From an uncultured Gemmatimonadaceae bacterium (lineage in GTDB: Bacteria > Gemmatimonadota > Gemmatimonadetes > Gemmatimonadales > Gemmatimonadaceae), in the NCBI GenBank assembly GCA_963761305.1, contig CAVXGK010000002.1:2976001-3040000 (forward strand): a stretch of 64,000 bases of DNA. Direction: 5' to 3'. The notes under the pieces are model-generated. The model saw nothing but the letters and a program-made list of their open reading frames with translations. It did not search any database and was not told where the DNA came from. The position numbers and the translations under genes are program-made. Shown one piece after another: positions 30,177-40,038 of this stretch; the stretch's first letter is position 1; each line of letters starts with the position of its first letter.

Positions 30177-31502
30177 TTAGATCCCCCACCCCGGCTCGTA
30201 CTCCCGCGACCAGAGCTTCGCGGCGTCCGCGTCCCCGACGATGTGGCCGTTTGCAGGATCCGTGCGCAACGCGCGCCCCGTGGACTGCGCGATGTTGCCG
30301 AGGTGACAAAGAAGTACCGTCTGCGCGGCGTCCTCGATCGGCGCGCGCAGCGTGGCGCCCGTGCGAATGCCGTCGAGAAAATTGTCCATGTGCACCGACG
30401 TCGCCGCGTCGTCACCCGTGAGCTCGAGCCCGTCGCCGGCCTTCGGCTCGATGTTCCGTGCGGTCTCTTTTCCTTTGAGATCGTAGACGACGTACCCGTC
30501 GCGATCGACGACGACGGTGCCGCTCGTGCCATACACCGCCGTGCCTCGCGACCGGTCGAACGTCTTGCAGCCGTTGCAGCTCTCGCCCTGCCAGATGATC
30601 GTCTTGCCGCCGTCGAACTCGAAGGTCGCTTCCTGCGTGTCGGGGAATTGCCAATCGTCGGCGTAGTGCCGGCGCCCGCCGCTCGACAGCACACGCGTCG
30701 GATGCTCGACGCCGAGCGCGAGCCGAGCGATGTCGATCTCGTGCGTGCCGTTGTTGCAGATCTCGCCCGTGCCCCAGTGCGTGAACCAGTGCCAGTTGTA
30801 ATGGATCACGTTGTCGCGATACGGTGTGCGCGGCGCGGGACCCTGCCAGAGATCGTAGTCGAGGTTCTGCGGAACCGGCGCCGTCTTGCCGCGCCCGATG
30901 CCGACGCGCGTGTTGGCGTACCACGCGCGGGCGAGATACGGACGCCCGATCGCGCCCTCTCGAATTCGTTGGAGCGCCTCGATGGTCCGGAGCGACGAGC
31001 GCTGCTGCGTGCCCATCTGGACGACGCGATGCGTCGCCCGCTGTGTGGCGACGAGCACCTCGCCCTCGCGCGGGTTGTGGCCGCACGGCTTTTCGACGTA
31101 CACGTGCTTGCCCGCCTTCATGGCGAGAACCGCCATCGGGGCGTGCCAGTGATCGGGCGTGGCGATCGACACGGCGTCGACGGTCGGATCTTCGAGCGCC
31201 TTGCGGAAATCGCCGATCGCCTTGGGCGGCCGGCTCGCCGTTTTCATTTCGCCGGCGGCCTTCGCCAGCACGGCTGAGTCGACGTCCGCGATGTAGGCGA
31301 CGGAGGAGTTCTTGAGCCGCGAGAAGTTCTGCGCGTGCACCATCCCGCGCCCGTTCAGTCCGAACACAGCGACCGACACATGGTCGTTCGGCGATCTCGA
31401 TCGCAACAACCCCGGCGCGTGCGACGTCATGACGAGTCCCAGTCCTGTGGCCGACGCGGTCTTGAGAAACTCTCGGCGGTCGACGCCGTCGTCCGGTGTC
31501 AT
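30177..31502 (-). CDS. Gfo/Idh/MocA-family oxidoreductase, Tat-exported
   Basis: DRREFLK, GLNGRG, ATPDHWH, KHVYVEKP, QMGTQQRS, YNWHWF. Confidence 0.92.
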   Translation of the reverse strand: MTPDDGVDRREFLKTASATGLGLVMTSHAPGLLRSRSPNDHVSVAVFGLNGRGMVHAQNFSRLKNSSVAYIADVDSAVLAKAAGEMKTASRPPKAIGDFRKALEDPTVDAVSIATPDHWHAPMAVLAMKAGKHVYVEKPCGHNPREGEVLVATQRATHRVVQMGTQQRSSLRTIEALQRIREGAIGRPYLARAWYANTRVGIGRGKTAPVPQNLDYDLWQGPAPRTPYRDNVIHYNWHWFTHWGTGEICNNGTHEIDIARLALGVEHPTRVLSSGGRRHYADDWQFPDTQEATFEFDGGKTIIWQGESCNGCKTFDRSRGTAVYGTSGTVVVDRDGYVVYDLKGKETARNIEPKAGDGLELTGDDAATSVHMDNFLDGIRTGATLRAPIEDAAQTVLLCHLGNIAQSTGRALRTDPANGHIVGDADAAKLWSREYEPGWGI

Positions 31503-32248
31503 GGTTTCAGCTCCCGGATCTTGATGTCGCGGTAATACGTCTCATCGTTGTGGTCCTGCAGGATGATGTGGCTCGCGTCGCGCCGGTCGGCGAAACCGGG
31601 GATCGTGTGGTATTTGCTCTTGGCGAGCAGCGAATCCATGCGCGGCGTGCCGAGCTCGAACTCGACGATTTTCTTGCCGTTGAGCCAATGCTCGCCGTGG
31701 CGCCCCTGGAAGACGATGCGCGAGGTGTTCCACTGTCCGACCGGCATCAGAAGCTTCGCGTCGTTCGGTGCGATGAGATCGTAGAGCGATCCTGCCAAGT
31801 GCGACGGGATCTTGTTGTCGTCGCTTAGCGAATCGTCGAGTACCTGATACTCGAACCCGAGCGCGGCGTGGTTCGACGCGTGCGCCAGCGAGAATTCCTC
31901 GGAGACGTTGTATTTCACGCCGCTGTTCGCGCCCGGCGCGACTTTCCATTGGAATGACAGCTCGAAGTCGTTGAACGCGTCGATTGTCATCAGGTCGCCG
32001 CCGTTGAGCGGCTGCCCGTCGGCGATCTTCGGCACGTTGCCGCTGGCGAGCTTCTCGATCGAGCCGTTCACGACGCGCCAGTGCGCTGTCGGGACCGAGT
32101 CGTACCCGAGCCCCCGCCAGCCGGTCAGCGTCTTCCCGTCGAAGAGCATCCGCCACCCCGCTGCCCGCTCGGCGGCGGTCAGCGTGTTCGTCTGAGCCGA
32201 GAGCGGTGAGACAAGGGCAAGTATCAGAAGGCCGAGGGTGGTTCGCAT
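31499..32248 (-). CDS. DUF1080 (3-keto-disaccharide hydrolase-like) secreted protein
   Basis: GWRMLFDGKTLTGW, NSGVKY, EYQVLD, AGSLYD, GQWN, HWLNG, LQDH..YRDIKIREL. Confidence 0.9.
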   Translation of the reverse strand: MRTTLGLLILALVSPLSAQTNTLTAAERAAGWRMLFDGKTLTGWRGLGYDSVPTAHWRVVNGSIEKLASGNVPKIADGQPLNGGDLMTIDAFNDFELSFQWKVAPGANSGVKYNVSEEFSLAHASNHAALGFEYQVLDDSLSDDNKIPSHLAGSLYDLIAPNDAKLLMPVGQWNTSRIVFQGRHGEHWLNGKKIVEFELGTPRMDSLLAKSKYHTIPGFADRRDASHIILQDHNDETYYRDIKIRELKP

Positions 32249-32322
32249 GAGTTGACGATACGGGCGCGGCCCACGAGCGCAAGTTCGTGGTTCCGGGCGG
32301 GCCTCTCTATCGGGACGCTCTC

Positions 32323-32603
32323 CAACTGCTCGACGCAGAGACGCGGAGAGCGCAGAGAACGTAGAGGGTCGACTGAAGTCCGTCGCGCCGCGGGCGGGAT
32401 CTTGGGAGGAATTGCCGCTCGCGACGCATCTCGCGCGACGACGCGCACGTCCACGTCGTGGCATCCTGAGCGGCCGTTCCCAAAAAAATCACGGCTCGTT
32501 GTGCGAAGATGCCGGGCGGTTCTCTGTGGCCGTTCTCTGCGTTCTCTGCGTTCTCTGCGTTCTCTGCGTCTCTGCGTCTCTGCGTCTCTGCGTTGATCAG
32601 TTG
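32323..32603. repeat. ~280-bp palindromic element with (CGCAGAGA[A])n / ([T]TCTCTGCG)n arms; copy 1
   Basis: Starts CAACTGCTCGACGCAGAG, ends CTCTGCGTTGATCAGTTG; internal arms match the 43190-43444 element in reverse orientation; followed by a 30-bp-period duplication to ~32648. Confidence 0.85.
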
Positions 32604-32666
32604 CAGTGCGCAGTTGTTCTGCCTGATCAGTTGCAGTGAGCAGTTGTTGTTTCAGCCGAACGAAAA

Positions 32667-35600
32667 TCAGTCCGCCGCGTCGCCGCTCGACTTTGCCAGC
32701 TGGCCATCGACGGCGATCAGGGTCGCCGCCGCCGGAACTGGGACCAGCAGCTCGTCGCTGCGTTTCCGCTTTCCGAGGCGCGCGAGGAACGCCGAACCGC
32801 GGTGGCTGGCTGCATCCATGTACGTGTAGAACACCGGCGTCACGTACAGCGTGATGAGCTGCGAGAACGCGAGGCCGCCCACGACCGCAACGCCGAGCGG
32901 ACGCCGCGACTCGGACCCGGCGCCCGTCGAGACCGCGATGGGCAGCGTGCCCATGAGGGCCGCCATCGTCGTCATCATGATCGGCCGGAAGCGGATCAAG
33001 CACGCGTGCACGATCGCGTCGGCCGGAGTACGTCCCTCCGACCGCTCGGCCTCGAGCGCGAAGTCGATCATCATGATCGCATTCTTCTTCACGAGGCCGA
33101 CGAGCAGGATGATGCCGACGAACGCATAGACGCTCAAGTCGATCTTGAAGATCATCAGCGTGAGCAGGGCGCCGAATGCCGCGAACGGCAGACCCGAGAG
33201 AATCGTGATCGGGTGGATGAAGCTCTCGTAGAGCACGCCGAGCACCACGTAGATCACGAAGATCGCAATGCCAAGCAGCGCGAGCATGCCGGCCTGCGTC
33301 GACTGGAACGCCTGCGCGGTGCCGGAGAAGCCAGTGCTGATCGACGCCGGCAGCGTCTGGTTGGCGATCTTCTGCACCTCGTCGGTCGCCTGCCCGAGCG
33401 CGACGCCGGGACGGAGGTTGAACGACAGCGTTACCGATGGAAGCTGACCCGAGTGGTTGACGGTGAGCGCACCCGCGGTCTGCGTGATGTGGGCGACGCC
33501 GCTGAGCGGTACGAGCGCGCCGGTGTTGGAGCGGATGTACAACATGCTCATCGCCGACAGGTCCAGCTGATATTGCGGCAAGAGCTCCATCACGACCCAG
33601 TATTCGTTGTTGGGCGTGTAGATCGTGGACACCTGGCGTGATCCATACGCATCGTACAGCGCCGTTTCGATCTGGTTCGCCGACACGCCAAGTTGCGCGG
33701 CGCGCTCGCGGTCGATCTCGACGCTCGCTTGCGGATTCCCGAGCTGGAGGTCGGTGGTGACGTCTTGCAGTAGAGGTGATTTGCGCGCCTGGGCGACCAG
33801 CGCGTCGGCTGCCGGATACAGTGCCGCGATATCCGAGCTCTGCATCGTGAACTGGTACAAGCTCTTCGAGACGCGCCCGCCAATCTGGATCGGCGGCGGG
33901 TTCTGCATGTACACGACGATGCCGGGGATCCTGGCGAGCTTCGGCCGCAACTCCTTGATCATCTCGTCGACGTTCACGCGTTCATCACGCGGACGAAGGC
34001 CGATCAGCAGGCGGCCTTGGTTGGTCCCCGCTACCGTCGAGCTGCCGCCGATCGCCGAATAGAAGCCGGCGATGTTCGTGTCGGCCCGCAAGATCTCATT
34101 GACCTGTTGCTGGTGCGCGACCATGTCGTCGAACGACGTGCCCTGCGCCGTCTCCGTTGTCACGAAGAGCTGGCCGATGTCCTGGCTGGGAATGAACCCT
34201 TTCGGGATCAGCATGAAGAGAACGACGGTGCCGACGAGAATCGCGAACGAGAACGCCATCGAGAGCGGGCGGTGGTTCATCACCCATTCGAGGCTTCCCT
34301 TGTACTTGCCGAGCAGCCAGTCGTAGCCGGCTTCGGTGGCCTGGTACGCGCGTCCGTGCGTTTCCCCGTGCTCGTGCGGCCGCAGGAAGCGGCTCGACAG
34401 CATCGGCGTCAGCGTAAGCGAGACGAAGCCCGAGACGAGAATCGACACGGCGATGACGACGGCGAACTCGTGGAACAGTCTCCCGACGATCCCTCCCAAG
34501 AACAGAATTGGGATAAAAACGGCGGTCAGCGAGATCGTCATGGACAAGATGGTAAATCCGACCTCCGCGGCACCGTCCATCGCGGCGCGCATCGGCGGTT
34601 TCCCCATTTCCATGTGGCGGACGATGTTCTCGAGCATCACGATCGCGTCGTCGACCACGAAGCCGACGGCGAGCGTGAGCGCCATCAGCGACAGATTGTC
34701 CAGACTGTAGTCGAGCGTATACATCACGGCGAACGTGCCGATCACCGAGATTGGCAGCGCGAGACTCGGGATCAGCGTCGCCGAGACGTTGCGCAGGAAC
34801 ACGAAGATCACGGCGATGACGAGGCACAGCGTCAGCACGAGCGTGAACTTTACGTCCGCCACCGACTCGCGGATCGTCGCCGCGCGGTCGTACATCAGCG
34901 TCATGTTGACGCTTGCCGGGATCTGCTTCTGCAGCTTCGTCATCTCGGCTTTCACGGCGTCGGCGACCGCCACCGTGTTGGTGCCGGGCTGACGCTGAAC
35001 GGCCAGGATGACGCCGCGCGTGCTCTCGCCCTTCTCGGCGAACCACGCGATCGACTTGTTGTTCTGAATGTCGTCGAGCACCTGACCGATGTCGCCGAGG
35101 TGCACCGGCGCGCCGTTCCGATACGTGACGACCAGCCGGCTGAACGATGCCGCGTTCATGAGCTGGCCGTTGGCCTGGACCGTGTACGCCTTGTTCGGTC
35201 CGTTGAGCACGCCCGTCGGCAGGTTGACGTTCTGATTGTTGACCGCGTCGGCGACTTCGTCGATGCCGATCTGCCGGCTCGCGAGCAGGTTTGGGTCGAG
35301 CTGGATGCGGACCGCGTATTGCGCCGATCCGTACACGTTCACTTGCGCGACGCCCGGGATCATCGAGATGCGCTGCGCCATGAACGTTTCGGCGTAGTCG
35401 TCGAGCTTGGAGATCGGCATCAGGCTCGACGTGAATCCGTAGAACACGATCGGCTGGTCGGCCGGATTCACCTTCTGGTACGACGGCGGGATGATGCCCG
35501 GCGGCAGATTCTTGAGCGTCTTGGCGATCATCGCCTGAACGTCCTGCGCCGCGCCGTCGATGTTTCGGTCGAGCGAGAACTGAATCGTGATGTTGCACGC

Positions 35601-35861
35601 GCCAAGGCTCGACGTCGACGTCATGTTGTCGATGCCGGCGATCGTCGAGAACTGCTTCTCCAGCGGAGTGGCGACCGCGGACGCCATCGTCTCCGGGCTC
35701 GCACCGGGCAACGAGGCGCTGACCGTGATGGTCGGGTAATCGACCGTCGGGAGGTCGCTCACCGGCAGTCGCTTGTACGCCGTGATGCCGAAGAACAGAA
35801 TGCCCGTCATCACGAGAACCGTGGTGACGGGCCGCCGGATGAACAGTTCGGAGAGATTCAT
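32667..35861 (-). CDS. RND efflux permease (HAE1, MdtB/MdtC-like)
   Basis: FIRRPVTT, LPVSDLPTVDYPTI, GFVVDDAIVMLENI, GLVKKNAIMMIDFA, RFRPIMMTT; 1064 aa. Confidence 0.96.
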   Translation of the reverse strand: MNLSELFIRRPVTTVLVMTGILFFGITAYKRLPVSDLPTVDYPTITVSASLPGASPETMASAVATPLEKQFSTIAGIDNMTSTSSLGACNITIQFSLDRNIDGAAQDVQAMIAKTLKNLPPGIIPPSYQKVNPADQPIVFYGFTSSLMPISKLDDYAETFMAQRISMIPGVAQVNVYGSAQYAVRIQLDPNLLASRQIGIDEVADAVNNQNVNLPTGVLNGPNKAYTVQANGQLMNAASFSRLVVTYRNGAPVHLGDIGQVLDDIQNNKSIAWFAEKGESTRGVILAVQRQPGTNTVAVADAVKAEMTKLQKQIPASVNMTLMYDRAATIRESVADVKFTLVLTLCLVIAVIFVFLRNVSATLIPSLALPISVIGTFAVMYTLDYSLDNLSLMALTLAVGFVVDDAIVMLENIVRHMEMGKPPMRAAMDGAAEVGFTILSMTISLTAVFIPILFLGGIVGRLFHEFAVVIAVSILVSGFVSLTLTPMLSSRFLRPHEHGETHGRAYQATEAGYDWLLGKYKGSLEWVMNHRPLSMAFSFAILVGTVVLFMLIPKGFIPSQDIGQLFVTTETAQGTSFDDMVAHQQQVNEILRADTNIAGFYSAIGGSSTVAGTNQGRLLIGLRPRDERVNVDEMIKELRPKLARIPGIVVYMQNPPPIQIGGRVSKSLYQFTMQSSDIAALYPAADALVAQARKSPLLQDVTTDLQLGNPQASVEIDRERAAQLGVSANQIETALYDAYGSRQVSTIYTPNNEYWVVMELLPQYQLDLSAMSMLYIRSNTGALVPLSGVAHITQTAGALTVNHSGQLPSVTLSFNLRPGVALGQATDEVQKIANQTLPASISTGFSGTAQAFQSTQAGMLALLGIAIFVIYVVLGVLYESFIHPITILSGLPFAAFGALLTLMIFKIDLSVYAFVGIILLVGLVKKNAIMMIDFALEAERSEGRTPADAIVHACLIRFRPIMMTTMAALMGTLPIAVSTGAGSESRRPLGVAVVGGLAFSQLITLYVTPVFYTYMDAASHRGSAFLARLGKRKRSDELLVPVPAAATLIAVDGQLAKSSGDAAD

Positions 35862-37012
35862 GGCGTTGCCCCACTGCCAGCTTGAACCGCGGATGCCGAC
35901 GCCGATGTGCTCGGCGCCGCCTTTATGTCGACCCGCGCGTTCGGCGTCAAACGCGATTGCCCGTCGATGACGACTTGCTCACCGGGCTCCAGGCCCTTGT
36001 CGATCGTCGTCATGTCGCCGGTGCCCACGGATCTCCCCACGGACACTTGCCGCACTTTGGCGATGCGGTCGTTCCCGACGACGAACACGTAGTTGCCTTG
36101 CTGCCCGGCGAGTACGGCGCGCGTCGGTACGGCGATGACACCAGCCTGAACTTCCAGTTCCACGCTGACGCGAAGCGCTTCGCCCGGCCACAACACGTTC
36201 TTCGGATTCTGGAATCGGGCCTTGGCGCTCACGCTGCCGGTGAGGGAATCCACCGCGTTGTCGAGAAATGCCAGCGTACCGGTCTCGTCGATCGCGCCGC
36301 TGTCGGCCGCGACCACGCGAACCGGCACGGGCCCGCGAGTCATGCGTCGCTGCAGTGCCGGGAAATCGTGCTGCGTGACCGGGAAGCGCACCAGGATCGG
36401 ACGAATCTGATTGATCACGACGAGCGCGTCGCTGTTCGCCCGGACCAGGTTGCCGCGCCGCACGAGAAGCCTCCCCGTACGTCCCGTGATCGGCGACCGG
36501 ATCGTGGCGTACTCGAGATTCAGCCGCGCGTTTTCCATCGCCGCCTTGTCCGCGAGCACCGTTGCCTGCATCGACGCTGCTGCCGACTCGGCCTGATCGG
36601 CCTGCGACTTGGTGACGTAATCCTTCTCGACGAGCGCCTTGTACCGCTCGGCGTCTCGCTGGAGCGATTGCGCCTGCGCCTGATCTCGCACCAATGTCGC
36701 GTCTGCCTGACGCAAACTGGCGGCGAACGGACGCGCGTCGAGCTTGAACAGGACCTGGCCGGCCTGAACTTCGTCGCCCTCGTTGAACATGACGCTGTCG
36801 AGCGCACCGCCGATCTGCGACAGAACGGACACCGTCTGCATCGGCTCGACGACGCCGTTCGCCTCGATTGTCAGCGGAGCGGAAATTTTGCTCGCCGACG
36901 CCACTTGAACCGGAATCGCCGGCGCCGCCTGCGCGGGCGGCTTGGAGCACGCTGCCCCCAGGACGACGAGCGCGACGAGCACGTTGCGAGCGGACGTGAG
37001 TCGGGACGTCAT
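35858..37012 (-). CDS. RND periplasmic adaptor (MdtA-like), probable lipoprotein
   Basis: LGAAC lipobox, EGDEVQAGQVLFKLD, IRSPITGRTG, DNAVDSLTG, GEQVVIDGQ. Confidence 0.92.
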   Translation of the reverse strand: MTSRLTSARNVLVALVVLGAACSKPPAQAAPAIPVQVASASKISAPLTIEANGVVEPMQTVSVLSQIGGALDSVMFNEGDEVQAGQVLFKLDARPFAASLRQADATLVRDQAQAQSLQRDAERYKALVEKDYVTKSQADQAESAAASMQATVLADKAAMENARLNLEYATIRSPITGRTGRLLVRRGNLVRANSDALVVINQIRPILVRFPVTQHDFPALQRRMTRGPVPVRVVAADSGAIDETGTLAFLDNAVDSLTGSVSAKARFQNPKNVLWPGEALRVSVELEVQAGVIAVPTRAVLAGQQGNYVFVVGNDRIAKVRQVSVGRSVGTGDMTTIDKGLEPGEQVVIDGQSRLTPNARVDIKAAPSTSASASAVQAGSGATP

Positions 37013-38493
37013 CACCGCGGCCTCACGTTCGGCAGCGGCGTGAAGGTGTCGAAGCTCGTGTCGCCGCGTGCGTTCAACACGCCGACGTCGTGGGCGAGTT
37101 GTGCGAGCGACGTGCGCCACTGCCAGCGCGTGTCGACGTCCTGAGCGCGGGCCGTTGCCAGCGCCGATTGCGCGACGAGGAGATCGACGATGCTCCCGAC
37201 GCCTTCCTTGTACCGGCCTCGCGCCACGGACTCGGATTGAACCGCGCTGGCGAGGAGATCATGCGCCGTCCGAACGCGGTCGGTGGCCGTTCGCATCGTG
37301 TAGTAGGAAGTGAACACCTGCTGAATGACCTGCTGTCGAGTGGCTTCCGTGCGTGCCACAGCGGCCTGATACTGCTCGTTGGCCGCCGCGATGTCGTACT
37401 GATTCGAGTTCCCGGTGAACACGGGCATCTGCACGCCGATGGTGAGCGCGTACGAGTTGCCGGCGAATCCCGCCACGTTCGATGCGGCGTTCCCGCCGAC
37501 GGCCGAAAATGCGAGTGCCGGTAGATACCCCGATCGCGCCACCTTGATCTGCGAGGAGGCCGCGGCTGCCTGAGCGCGCGCTCCGGCCAACTCCGGACGG
37601 TTGCGGATCGCGAGGTCGATCAGCGAATCCACCGACTGCGCCACGAAGAACACCGAGTCGGTCGCCGGGACGTCGGGGATCTCGAACGGTGTGTTCGCGG
37701 CCAGCCCCATCGCGACGGCGAGGGCGCCGCGCGCGACCTGCTGCTGACCCTCATCGGTCTCCAGGTCGAGTTCGGCTTGCGACCGGGCGGTCTGCGCCTG
37801 AAGCACGTCCGCGATCGTCGCGAGCCCGACGCGATGTCGTTCGCTCGCTGCGTCGAGCGCGGCGGTCGCGAGATCGACGGCGGACTGCTGGGCGTCCCGC
37901 AGGGCGCGCGCCGAGAGGTACGCGAATGCCGCGCTCTCGACCTGGAGGATCGTGGTCTCGACCGTCGAGTTGTGTGTGAGGTCGGCCGCGACGGCGGTTT
38001 GCCGCGCGACGTCGATCGAACCGGAACGGCCGCCGAAATCGAGCACGGTGTACGTCAGCGTGAGCGTCGGGCCGAGTTGGGCGTGCGTCGTCGGTGGACG
38101 TCCCACCGCACCGATCACTTGCTGCTGACTCGCCGCCACGCCGGCAGCGATCGTCGGGAAGAGGCGGCCTTGGTTCGAGCCGTAGACGTCCGCGCTGGCC
38201 CGCGCCTGCAACCAGGTATTCCGCGTTACCGGACTGTTACGAAGGGCGATGTCGACGACCTCGGCGACACTGAGGTGTTGCAACTCGGCCGCGGTGGGAA
38301 CGCCGATGACGGGCGGCGGCGGATGTTTCGCGTCACGCGCCGCCGCGGCGACGACACTCGACGACGGAGCCCACAAGGACGCGGCGCTGGCCGGTGTCGG
38401 GGCGGCGCCGTCGATCGACGGCGCGGAATGGACGCACGCCGTACCGATCAGAAGATAAGCAAATGCGAATAGGGATCTGGTCGTGGCCTTCAC
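37012..38493 (-). CDS. TolC-family outer-membrane efflux protein
   Basis: VDIALRNSP, VLDFGGR, GLATIADVLQAQ, RYKEGVGSIVDLLVAQ; GTG start overlaps the upstream stop. Confidence 0.9.
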   Translation of the reverse strand: MKATTRSLFAFAYLLIGTACVHSAPSIDGAAPTPASAASLWAPSSSVVAAAARDAKHPPPPVIGVPTAAELQHLSVAEVVDIALRNSPVTRNTWLQARASADVYGSNQGRLFPTIAAGVAASQQQVIGAVGRPPTTHAQLGPTLTLTYTVLDFGGRSGSIDVARQTAVAADLTHNSTVETTILQVESAAFAYLSARALRDAQQSAVDLATAALDAASERHRVGLATIADVLQAQTARSQAELDLETDEGQQQVARGALAVAMGLAANTPFEIPDVPATDSVFFVAQSVDSLIDLAIRNRPELAGARAQAAAASSQIKVARSGYLPALAFSAVGGNAASNVAGFAGNSYALTIGVQMPVFTGNSNQYDIAAANEQYQAAVARTEATRQQVIQQVFTSYYTMRTATDRVRTAHDLLASAVQSESVARGRYKEGVGSIVDLLVAQSALATARAQDVDTRWQWRTSLAQLAHDVGVLNARGDTSFDTFTPLPNVRPR

Positions 38494-39851
38494 GGTTTCC
38501 TGACTGGTCCTGCTTGCGTTGCTTGCGGCGGTTCGCCGCCCCCACCGGGTTTCGGCTTCGCCGGCGTCGGCTGAACCGTTCCGCTGGGTTGACCCGCTTG
38601 CGTGCCGGCCGCGCCTACCTGTTGCGGCGCGGCGACCGTCGCCGCGGGACGGCGGATGTTCGTCGCGAGCCGAAGGGTCGGGGGAATCGCCGGCCTGCCC
38701 ATGATGATTGCACCCAGCATCACGACTTTGTCGCCTTCCTTGAGCCCGTCGGTGATCGACTGCACCCGAAGATCGGTGGGGCCGGTCTTCACGAGGCGCA
38801 TCTCGAACGACCCGTCGGGCAAGGCGACGACGACGTATCGACCCGGCACGCCGGTCGTTCCCTCGGTGCCGAGCAGGTCTTTCCGCATCTGACTCGTGAT
38901 CGTGTCGACGGAGAGACCGAACATGCGGGCGACGGGCGCGAGCTCGTTGGTCGGGCGAATCGCGTCGATCGGGATCTGAAGCACCTGCGAAAGGTCGGCG
39001 GCGCGGATCGTCACCTCGCCGTTCATGCCGGGCATGAGCAGTCCTTCCTTGTTGCTGATGCTCACCAGCGCCTGGAAGAACGTCACGCCCTGTGTCACGA
39101 CAGCCTGGGGCTCGACCTTCTCGACGATGCCATCGAAGACATGGTCGGGGAACGCGTCGACGGCGACGGTCGCCGATTCGTTCACGCGCACGTTCGCCAT
39201 CTCGACCTCGTCGATCGTGACCCGCATTCGGACGCGGCCAAGGTCGGCGATGGTCATCAAGGTCGTGCCGCCGCTGGCACCCGTGGCCGACGTAATGATC
39301 GTGCCCTTGCTCACGGGAAGACTCACGATCGTCCCGCTGAGCGGCGCCTCGACCGTGGCGTCCTCGAGCGCTTGCCGCGCCAAGTCGAGAGCGGCTCGGC
39401 TGTTGACCAGATCCGCCTGCGCCGAGGTGAGCGTCGACTGACTGCTGTCGTGCTCCGAGGCCGTGATCACGTGTCGCGCGAACAACGAATCTTCGCGGTG
39501 CTGATCCTTGATGGTCTTCTGAAGCGTCGTGTATGAGACGACGTCGTCGGCAGCAGCCTGATTGAATTCGTTCTGGACGTTGCGGGGATCGATTTTGACG
39601 ATCTCTTGCTCCTTCTTGACGACCGACCCGACTTCCACCGGCAGATCGGTGATCTGACCCTCGGCTCTCGACTTGACGTCGACCGGATTGATCGGTTCGA
39701 CCGTACCGGTGGCTTGAACGCGAACGGCGATGTTGCCGCGCAGTACCGAAGTGGTCGGCAGCGCGGCCTGTTCGGCCTTCTTGCTCTCGCAGGCGGCCAA
39801 CAGCACGACAGCGGCCGCGGCGGCGAGGAACGGGATACGTCGAACTGGCAT
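38490..39851 (-). CDS. Periplasmic adaptor subunit of MacA/YknX type
   Basis: LAAC lipobox, ATGTVEP..VDVKS, APLSGTIV, LMTIADL, VDAFPD, LMPGMN, GLKEGDKV. Confidence 0.88.
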   Translation of the reverse strand: MPVRRIPFLAAAAAVVLLAACESKKAEQAALPTTSVLRGNIAVRVQATGTVEPINPVDVKSRAEGQITDLPVEVGSVVKKEQEIVKIDPRNVQNEFNQAAADDVVSYTTLQKTIKDQHREDSLFARHVITASEHDSSQSTLTSAQADLVNSRAALDLARQALEDATVEAPLSGTIVSLPVSKGTIITSATGASGGTTLMTIADLGRVRMRVTIDEVEMANVRVNESATVAVDAFPDHVFDGIVEKVEPQAVVTQGVTFFQALVSISNKEGLLMPGMNGEVTIRAADLSQVLQIPIDAIRPTNELAPVARMFGLSVDTITSQMRKDLLGTEGTTGVPGRYVVVALPDGSFEMRLVKTGPTDLRVQSITDGLKEGDKVVMLGAIIMGRPAIPPTLRLATNIRRPAATVAAPQQVGAAGTQAGQPSGTVQPTPAKPKPGGGGEPPQATQAGPVRKP

Positions 39852-40038
39852 GGGCTTCGGTGGGGGAGCTTTCCGGGTCACGAGAAAACTTACGCGCCGG
39901 GGAGAGGATTGGAACGAAACGGCGCCCCCCGAACGGAGGCGCCGCCGCGTTCATCTATAAGGTGGTACGCGTGGGAGAGGGGGGATGTTGAGCCTCTTAA
40001 CGGCCCCGATCCACCGATCTACCGGCCCACCTTTCCGC

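Noticed and set aside
37012..39954. 980-aa ORF as a giant TolC fusion (likewise 43481-45055 and 17436-19409)
   Set aside because: The N-terminal parts are alternative-frame read-through of the upstream genes; real starts have their own leaders and, for two of the three, overlap the upstream stop.
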